32,000 nucleotides of DNA from Microcystis aeruginosa NIES-843. Its GTDB lineage: Bacteria; Cyanobacteriota; Cyanobacteriia; Cyanobacteriales; Microcystaceae. How positions within the stretch are numbered: position 1 is the first letter of the stretch; every line of letters begins with the position of its first letter. Positions 25,632 to 32,000 of the stretch are shown here, in pieces. A model generated the notes under the pieces. The model saw only the letters and a list, made by a program, of their open reading frames with translations. It was not told where the DNA came from and ran no database searches. The stretch covers positions 5,100,001 to 5,132,000 of the forward strand of contig NC_010296.1 in assembly GCF_000010625.1 (NCBI RefSeq), in the 5' to 3' direction. A program made the translations under genes and the position numbers.

Positions 25632-25970
25632 TATCAAGTAGAAAAAGAGGAATGGAAAAAGGGTAGTCATGTAAATGCTGATTTAGTGGGGGAAATTTGG
25701 CACGATTTTATATTAGTTAATATTTGCCCTTATGCTTGCTATCTAAGCTTATCAGACTACCAATACTTCGGATTTTGGGCATGATTAATTTCTCAAGGAT
25801 AAAAAACCTAGAAATCAGTTTTTAGGATGGGAAACAAGTTGAATATCGATTTTACTTCTCTTGAATTCCCACTCTTGACCTCTCAGCCTTCTGATCTTCC
25901 AGAAATTTTCCTTGTTGCCGGAGAACTATGATACAATGGCATCAAAAAATAGAGGAAAAATTTTTTTATC

Positions 25971-26909
25971 ATGGACAAGGTGTCAACACCAAGCCTATCA
26001 ATTGTTATTCCGACCCGAGAAGGATTCGCTGACCACTGGTTTAATGCGCTGACCGAGGTCAAGGGAGAAGTAGAATTTATCTTGGTTCATCCACCAGGAG
26101 CACCTAAGTATCCCACGTCCGACCCCAGGGTACAGCAAATAGTCAGTCCCTTGCGGGGAGAAATTATTCAACGTGCCACAGGTTTGATGAATGCTACCGC
26201 TCCCTATACATTGACAATTAATTGTGATGAGTATATCAATCCCGACATTTCAGAAATTAGCCGTCAATACTTTTCCCGATTTCCTGATAGTTGGGTCATG
26301 AGACTTAGCCGGAAAGATGTTGAATTTGGTAAAAAAGAAATTCTAGAAGCTCCTTGGCTCTCACCAAAACCCATCGAAAAACTAGAAGTTTGTGGTAGGT
26401 CTCAAGGTAACTCTAAGCTATACGAACAAGGCAACTACCTATTAGAAATTCCCATTACTCCTATCGATAATAAATTTGATGTAATGTGTATTTTTAGAGG
26501 AAGAAGAGATCATCGAGGTCCCCATACAGAGAATTTTGACAAGAAGGTTTGGAAAACTTCTATAGTACAGGAAACCCTAGAGGATCTGGTGGGTTTAATG
26601 CCTTTTATTGGTCCGCTTAAGTATATTCCCTTTTGGTGTCTTGATCGAGTTTTAGGACTAGCTATACAAGCGAAGTTTTTTGAGCAAGGAAAAGGCAAGA
26701 TTATTGGTCATCTCTTACCTCTGCCAGAACAAATTCGTATTGAAAATAATCCACCTGAATATATACGATTTAATCGTTATGGGGTACTTTCTGAACTTTA
26801 CTTAATCAGACGTTTTCCCCAATACGGATATATGTGGAATCTAGTTATTCCCGATATCCTAAATGTGCCGCGACTCTTTATTCGTTCTCGCTTGGGTAAA
26901 GAAGTATAG
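25971..26909 (+). CDS. Divergent GT2-like (GT-A fold) putative glycosyltransferase, paralog A
   Basis: 312 aa. LSIVIPT... at the N-terminus and GE..QRA.GLMNAT..Y.L(N5)..PD resemble the GT2 core. It is clearly homologous along its full length to ORF 26982..27905. NCDE stands where the paralog has DDDD. Confidence 0.6.
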   Translation: MDKVSTPSLSIVIPTREGFADHWFNALTEVKGEVEFILVHPPGAPKYPTSDPRVQQIVSPLRGEIIQRATGLMNATAPYTLTINCDEYINPDISEISRQYFSRFPDSWVMRLSRKDVEFGKKEILEAPWLSPKPIEKLEVCGRSQGNSKLYEQGNYLLEIPITPIDNKFDVMCIFRGRRDHRGPHTENFDKKVWKTSIVQETLEDLVGLMPFIGPLKYIPFWCLDRVLGLAIQAKFFEQGKGKIIGHLLPLPEQIRIENNPPEYIRFNRYGVLSELYLIRRFPQYGYMWNLVIPDILNVPRLFIRSRLGKEV

Positions 26910-26936
26910 AATATCAGTCTATCTTTAATCTGTCAA

Positions 26937-26970
26937 GGAAGTAAGTATTAAGACTTGCTTCCTATTTTTT
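26937..26970 (+). terminator. Rho-independent terminator between the convergent paralogs
   Basis: GGAAGTAAGT-attaag-ACTTGCTTCC is a 10-bp stem with one G-U pair, followed by tatttttt. Confidence 0.7.
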
Positions 26971-26981
26971 AGCTGTTAACT

Positions 26982-27905
26982 TTAATTTAGCTTTTTAAAT
27001 ATTTGCCTAATTTTAATTTTCACACCGTTGTAAAATTCTTCAAAAAATAGATTCCAAAAGTAGCCATACTGGGGAAATTGTTTGACTAACAACATCTCGA
27101 CTAATACTAACAATCGCACTGTTTTTAAGGAATAAGGCCTAACAATATATCTAATTTGACCGGGTTCGGGCATCCAATGACCAATACAAGCACCTGTTTG
27201 AAAAAATTTAGCTTGAATATATAGTCCGATTGCCCTATCTAATCCCCACAGAGGCAACCAAGTCAAAAGTTCTGCCATTCTTGTGCCTTGAAACATTTCT
27301 GTGAGAGCTTCTTTAACTGCTGGACTTTTCCAAATTGTATTATTAAAAGGTTCCACATGACTTCCATGAATGTCTTTTCTCTTAGCGTAGGGCCAGAGAG
27401 CAACTTTTATATCAAAATGATTTTCTAGAGGAGCAATGGGAACTTCTACCAAATCCTGATAGGAATCCTCTCTTTTTCTTGCAATCCTAAGTTGCTCAAG
27501 AGAGGGCAATTGCTGCCAAGGTCTTTTAATTTTTTCTTCATCTAAGTAGTCTATTTTTTCTTTAAACAAACGCAGCATCCAACTCTGAGGAAATTTCTCA
27601 AAGTATTCAAGAGTTAGGGATACAACATCCGGATGCACGAAGTCATCATCATCTAAAGCCAGTATATACTGACCAGTGGCGTTCATTAAACCGAAGGCTC
27701 TTTGAGGTGTTTCTCCTTTGTAGAGACTGTATAAAATTTTTACTCGTGGGTCAGCTATGAAGGCCGCAGTTGTGCCGGGAGGATAAACTAAGATAAATTC
27801 TACATTTCCCTGCACGGATAAAAGTTGTTGTAACCAATATTCGGAAAAATTTCCGATGGTCGGGCTAACAATAGATAATATCGGTTGATTGAAACTAGCA
27901 AGCAT
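26982..27905 (-). CDS. Divergent GT2-like (GT-A fold) putative glycosyltransferase, paralog B
   Basis: 307 aa. LSIVSPT..., GETPQRAFGLMNATGQYILALDDDDFVHPD (a DxD-type motif), and the C-terminal FPQYGYFWNL motif shared with paralog A. Confidence 0.6.
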   Translation of the reverse strand: MLASFNQPILSIVSPTIGNFSEYWLQQLLSVQGNVEFILVYPPGTTAAFIADPRVKILYSLYKGETPQRAFGLMNATGQYILALDDDDFVHPDVVSLTLEYFEKFPQSWMLRLFKEKIDYLDEEKIKRPWQQLPSLEQLRIARKREDSYQDLVEVPIAPLENHFDIKVALWPYAKRKDIHGSHVEPFNNTIWKSPAVKEALTEMFQGTRMAELLTWLPLWGLDRAIGLYIQAKFFQTGACIGHWMPEPGQIRYIVRPYSLKTVRLLVLVEMLLVKQFPQYGYFWNLFFEEFYNGVKIKIRQIFKKLN

Positions 27906-27982
27906 CTCTGGTGAATTTATTTAGAAATAATTTGACGATACAAACATAAATTTGCTGAACTTAGGTGACTACCAAGACTCTC

Positions 27983-28696
27983 TCAAAAGTATCCTTTTGA
28001 GATGAGAGAGGGTAATTCTTTTTGACTTTTTTCGTAATCTTGGGGGATGCCTATGTCAATAAAATATTCGTCAGAAATAAAGCCATACATAGGAATTTTC
28101 TCGGTATAAACTTTTAGAAAGTCTTCCTCAAAAGAAAATTTTGATGGCAGATCAAAGCCAGACAATATTTTTTTCTCTACACAATATATGCCGCCATTAA
28201 TATAGCCCTTATCTTGATATTTTTTGGATTCAAACCCGATAATTTTTTGATCATCGTCTAGCATAACATTATTATAACGCTCGAATTCAGTTAGTGGCTT
28301 CAGAGCAACAGTCATCAGGGATTTTTTTTGATTATGTAAATTAATTAAGGCGGATAAATTGACATTAAACAAGGTATCTCCGTTAACAATTAATGCTTGT
28401 TCGGTTTGAATTTTATTTAGTGCCAACTGGATCGCTCCTCCAGTTCCCAAGGGTGTATCTTCTATCAGATAAGTCAGTTCGTATTCCTTGTAATTATCGC
28501 CAAAATGATCGATAATTTTCTGATGTTCATAGCCCACAGAAACTAAAAATTTGTTGGTAACTTTTTGAGAGATTAAGTAATCTAATAGATATTCTAAAAA
28601 AGGTCTGTCGGCAACGGGAGCCATAGGTTTTGGTAAACTGTTGATGACTGATCGCAACCTGGTTCCTAACCCACCTGCCAGAATAATTACGTCCAT
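27983..28696 (-). CDS. hddC: D-glycero-alpha-D-manno-heptose 1-phosphate guanylyltransferase (sugar-phosphate nucleotidyltransferase)
   Basis: 237 aa. MDVIILAGGLGTRLRS...LPKPMAPV is the NTP-transferase G-loop. The assignment to heptose rests on its position next to hddA and gmhA. Confidence 0.7.
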   Translation of the reverse strand: MDVIILAGGLGTRLRSVINSLPKPMAPVADRPFLEYLLDYLISQKVTNKFLVSVGYEHQKIIDHFGDNYKEYELTYLIEDTPLGTGGAIQLALNKIQTEQALIVNGDTLFNVNLSALINLHNQKKSLMTVALKPLTEFERYNNVMLDDDQKIIGFESKKYQDKGYINGGIYCVEKKILSGFDLPSKFSFEEDFLKVYTEKIPMYGFISDEYFIDIGIPQDYEKSQKELPSLISKGYF

Positions 28697-28788
28697 AGAT
28701 ACACCTCAAAAATCTGAATTATTGCCAATCTTTTAAAAACTATTTGTAGGCTTATAGGGATAATCCTCCCCCGTCGATCCTTTGCTTG

Positions 28789-29814
28789 CTATAATGTCCA
28801 TGCTTGGGTTCCGTATTTGGTAAAGTGAAAATTAATCACTTGGCCTCCTGCTGCTTTCAAAGCTTTAGTTACTTCGATTTTCTTGGTAGGATCGACCATA
28901 AAGATAATAAAACCACCGCCACCGGCTCCCGATATTTTACCTGAATAGGCCCCGGTTTCCCTAGCTACCTGATAAATGCGATCAATTTGCGGATTACTAA
29001 TTAATTTGGATAATTTCTTTTTCGCTTCCCAAGAAGTTCTCAGAATTTCTGCTATGCCCATAAAATCTGATTTAAGCAGTGCTTCTTTAAAGAGAATTGC
29101 CTCTTTTTTGAGTTGATGGGTAGCAGCGATAGCCTGCTCATTTTTTTCTTGGACATTCTGAATTTGATCCTCAATTACTTGAGATGAGTAGCGAGAAATG
29201 CCTGTATAGTAGAGTATCAGAGAAACTTCCAATTCATTGATCACCCAATTTTTAATTCGCAAAGGATTAACTATGACTCGATCTTGTTCATAAAATTCCA
29301 TAAAATTAAAACCGCCAAAAGTGGCAGCGTACTGATCCTGTTTGCCCCCTAACCAGCCGAGGTCAATTCGTTCGATCTCGTAGGCTAAATGAGCGATATC
29401 ATACTCACCTAGGGGTAATTTTAACAGTTCCACAAAGGCTTTAACTATGGCCACGGCTAGGGTAGAAGAAGAACCCAATCCCGAACCGGCTGGCGCATCG
29501 GAAAAAGTGGTGATTTGCAGCGGCAAAGGTTGCCCTTGATTAAAGTCTTTAATCAAACGATTATAGACCGCTTTATGCAGATCGAGAACGCCGTTATAAG
29601 GTAGAGGAAACTGGAGGGTTTCTATTTGTTGTTCTCCTCGATCAGCGGCAACAAAAATGACTTGTTTGTCAGTAATTTCCGTGACTGTACAGTAGGCATA
29701 GAGATCGATAGTAGCGTTGAGAACGTAACCCCCATAAAGACTACAGTAAGGCTCGACATCGGTGCCGCCACCACCTAAACCTAATCTTAAAGGAGCTTTG
29801 GTTCTGATGATCAT
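28789..29814 (-). CDS. hddA: D-glycero-alpha-D-manno-heptose 7-phosphate kinase (GHMP kinase)
   Basis: 341 aa. [17 protein letters not shown] and [15 protein letters not shown] (GHMP motif II) and SGAGGGGF (motif III). This is the HddA-type layout, not a ribokinase-type HldE. Confidence 0.75.
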   Translation of the reverse strand: MIIRTKAPLRLGLGGGGTDVEPYCSLYGGYVLNATIDLYAYCTVTEITDKQVIFVAADRGEQQIETLQFPLPYNGVLDLHKAVYNRLIKDFNQGQPLPLQITTFSDAPAGSGLGSSSTLAVAIVKAFVELLKLPLGEYDIAHLAYEIERIDLGWLGGKQDQYAATFGGFNFMEFYEQDRVIVNPLRIKNWVINELEVSLILYYTGISRYSSQVIEDQIQNVQEKNEQAIAATHQLKKEAILFKEALLKSDFMGIAEILRTSWEAKKKLSKLISNPQIDRIYQVARETGAYSGKISGAGGGGFIIFMVDPTKKIEVTKALKAAGGQVINFHFTKYGTQAWTL

Positions 29815-29851
29815 GGTTATGCTGTTTAGGTTGATTTTTTGCTAGGAGATT

Positions 29852-30487
29852 TTAGTTGGGAAAGAGCGCTTCTTCGATCGCTAAACAAATAGTATGAAGA
29901 ACAAAACCATGACCTTCTTGAATGCGCGGGGTACTGGTGCTAGGAATCATCAAACAATAATCGGTTTTTTCCTCTAGAGCTAATCCCTTCGCCCCAGTTA
30001 AACCGATGCTAGTGAGACCTTTTACTTGACAAACTTTGAGAGCTTGATGGATATTGGCGGAATTTCCCGAAGTGGAAATACCGATAAACACATCACCAGG
30101 GTTTCCTTCCGCTTCTATCTGGCGGCTAAAAATATATTCGTAACCATAATCGTTAGCGATCGCTGTTAAACTGGCGATATCGCTATTGAGGACGCGAACT
30201 GGCAAAGACTGTCTTTCTTTCAGAAATCGGCCGTGCAGCTCACCGCCAAAATGGATAGCATCGGCGGCACTGCCCCCATTACCGGCGACTAATACTTTGT
30301 GGTTGTTGCGATAAGCATGGATGCATACTTGGCAAATCTCTTGGATTTTCTCTAGATATTTTGTCTCGGTTAGTAGTTTTTTCTTCAGGTTATAAGCTTC
30401 TTCCAATTCAGTCTTGATTAAAATTGACAGAGAGGGATCGCTCTGGAAACTATCCAATTTTTTGTTTGATTTTTCCACCATTCGCAT
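29852..30487 (-). CDS. gmhA: Phosphoheptose (sedoheptulose-7-phosphate) isomerase
   Basis: 211 aa SIS domain. GNGGSAADAIHFGGEL.GRF...LTAIANDYGYEYIFSRQIEA...GISTSGNS...RIQEGH. Confidence 0.85.
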   Translation of the reverse strand: MRMVEKSNKKLDSFQSDPSLSILIKTELEEAYNLKKKLLTETKYLEKIQEICQVCIHAYRNNHKVLVAGNGGSAADAIHFGGELHGRFLKERQSLPVRVLNSDIASLTAIANDYGYEYIFSRQIEAEGNPGDVFIGISTSGNSANIHQALKVCQVKGLTSIGLTGAKGLALEEKTDYCLMIPSTSTPRIQEGHGFVLHTICLAIEEALFPN

Positions 30488-31090
30488 AGGTTTGATTTTC
30501 CAATTTTTATTAGTTGAATAAATTTAACTCTCAATCATCCTGTCATTACATTGAATAGTATCAAAAGACCAGAATCGCTGTCCATTAATTGGGTACAAAA
30601 CCCCTAGCATGGTAGAATTGATCACGGGACAAGAAAAACAGGCCGATGATAGTTCTAGAGAAACCTAGAGCGATCGAGTCAAAAGAGTGATCTTTTGCCG
30701 GTTATTCTCGGAATATACGACAAACGCAGCCAACTCTAGCACAATTTGTTTTGTTTGTAAATAAATTTTTGATGTATTCTGGCCGAGACGGGGGATTTCT
30801 GAGCGGGGGATTCAACCCTTGCGAGTCTTGGCCTTTTGTTTGGCTGGACAAAAATGTTAACAATTCATGACAATATTGCTGATATAATCAAAAGCCGAAA
30901 GGCTTGAAGGCGTATAATATGCCGTGATTGCTATACTCTGACACCTAGATAGTAAAGAGAAGCAATTTAGCCGAGAAAACTAGCACAAATCGCTACAATC
31001 CCTCGAATTTTGTCTGTGCATCAGTTCAAGCTCTCGTCTCTGACAGAAGAACTGAGAATTCTAGTCCCCGACTCGAAAAAGTCCAACATA

Positions 31091-31750
31091 ATGAATCCTT
31101 TCCCCGCAATTTCTGTCAATGACGGCCACCAAAAATACCCGTATCCGCCACCTCCTGGCAATTCTGACCGCAAAAGCGAAGATAGAGCAAAAAAGAACAA
31201 AGCCTTATTTCTCGATCGAGATGGGGTAGTTATCGACTATATCCCCTACCTGAGTAAACCAGAACAGGTGAGCATTCCCGCCGGGGCAGCGGCTGCCTTA
31301 AAACAGTGGCAGGATGCCGGCTATCTGCTGATCATTATTACCAATCAATCGGGACTTGCTAGGGGCTATTTCACTTGGGACGATCTGGCGGCGATTCACG
31401 GGCGCATGATTGAGGAATACCGACAATTGGGGGTGCATTTTCACGATCTTGCCATCTGCCCGCACCATCCCGACGAAGGTTGTCTGTGCCGCAAACCCTC
31501 CCCCTATCTGCTGCTGGCCGCCGCCCACCAATACGGAATCGATTTAGCCCGCTCGTTGTTTATCGGCGATGCGCCCAGTGATCTAGAATGCGCCCTAGAA
31601 GCTGGTTGTCAGCCCGTATTGCTCTTAACAGGGCGAGGAAAAGTCACCCTTGGGGAGATCGAGAAATACCCAGTTCAGATTCCCGTGTATGGCCAACTAA
31701 AGGAAACGGTAGAATTATTGTCAAAAACCGCTGCCGAGATAGAATTATGA
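31091..31750 (+). CDS. gmhB: D-glycero-D-manno-heptose 1,7-bisphosphate phosphatase (HAD-IIIA)
   Basis: FLDRDGVV (HAD motif I), ITNQSG (motif II), CPHHPDEGCLCRKP (Zn-binding insert typical of GmhB) and GDAPSD (motif IV). The ORF is open from TTG 31010. ATG 31091 is the first ATG. Either start leaves a Pro-rich N-terminal extension. Confidence 0.8.
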   Translation: MNPFPAISVNDGHQKYPYPPPPGNSDRKSEDRAKKNKALFLDRDGVVIDYIPYLSKPEQVSIPAGAAAALKQWQDAGYLLIIITNQSGLARGYFTWDDLAAIHGRMIEEYRQLGVHFHDLAICPHHPDEGCLCRKPSPYLLLAAAHQYGIDLARSLFIGDAPSDLECALEAGCQPVLLLTGRGKVTLGEIEKYPVQIPVYGQLKETVELLSKTAAEIEL

Positions 31751-32000
31751 GAATATTAGTCCTTTCTTGCAATAACTTTCCCTATCCACCTAGTCGCGGG
31801 GGAACCGAGGTTAGAACTTTTAACCTGATCAAATATCTTCATCAAAACCACGATGTCACCCTGTTCGCTCGTCGGGGGGAGAATGTCACCGAAACTCAGA
31901 TCGAAGAATTAAAAACCTTTACCGATGATCTTGTCTTATTTCCGCTCCGGCAAATTCCCGCTCAAGGCAAGGGACTGACAAAACTAATCGGTCAAACAGG
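31747..32000 (+). CDS. GT4-family glycosyltransferase (5' partial, runs off the window)
   Basis: MRILVLSCNNFPYPPSRGGTEVRTFNLIKYLHQNHDVTLF is a typical GT4 (GT-B) N-terminus. Its ATG overlaps the gmhB stop (ATGA at 31747-31750). Confidence 0.7.
   Translation, partial: MRILVLSCNNFPYPPSRGGTEVRTFNLIKYLHQNHDVTLFARRGENVTETQIEELKTFTDDLVLFPLRQIPAQGKGLTKLIGQT

Noticed and set aside
31010-31090. TTG-initiated 27-codon N-terminal extension of gmhB
   Set aside because: This segment has no similarity to GmhB. The first ATG (31091) is the more conservative start, though the true start remains unresolved.

Overview
The window is cyanobacterial and resembles Microcystis. Evidence: the ccmK3-ccmK4 carboxysome shell pair, chlM, three perfect HIP1 palindromes GCGATCGC (14214, 20218, 30156), many heptamer/octamer micro-repeat arrays, and a very high IS load.

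Three blocks:
(1) 1-8.7 kb is housekeeping: cdsA, a cobA/hemD fusion, a repeat-containing tail-anchored coiled-coil protein, then ccmK4, ccmK3, msrA, panB and chlM on the minus strand, then pyk and modA.
(2) 8.7-25.7 kb is heavily scarred by mobile DNA. The fused molybdate permease/ATPase gene modBC is split by a 4.6 kb composite element. That element consists of two identical inverted 1363-bp IS701-like copies around debris of IS630, IS4 and IS1634 elements plus two MITE-like inserts. It is flanked by a TTAG duplication whose removal restores the modBC frame exactly. Further along are an IS630 end remnant, an orphan 150-aa ORF, a TnpB C-terminal remnant, a cation/proton antiporter, amiC-murI, an intact IS1634-family element (TSD TTTGAA) and an intact IS630-family element (TA-flanked).
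(3) 25.9-32 kb is a glycan locus encoding the complete four-enzyme GDP-D-glycero-alpha-D-manno-heptose route (gmhA, hddA, hddC, gmhB). It also carries a GT4 glycosyltransferase and two convergent paralogous divergent GT2-like proteins.

I found no CRISPR array, tRNA/rRNA gene, or recognisable multi-gene defence system. The best candidates for new biology are the heptose-glycan locus with its uncharacterised GT-A-like paralogs, the composite transposon in modBC, the recently triplicated 81-bp coding repeat, and the G-quadruplex-prone octamer arrays around modA. All family assignments come from reading the translations, not from database searches.
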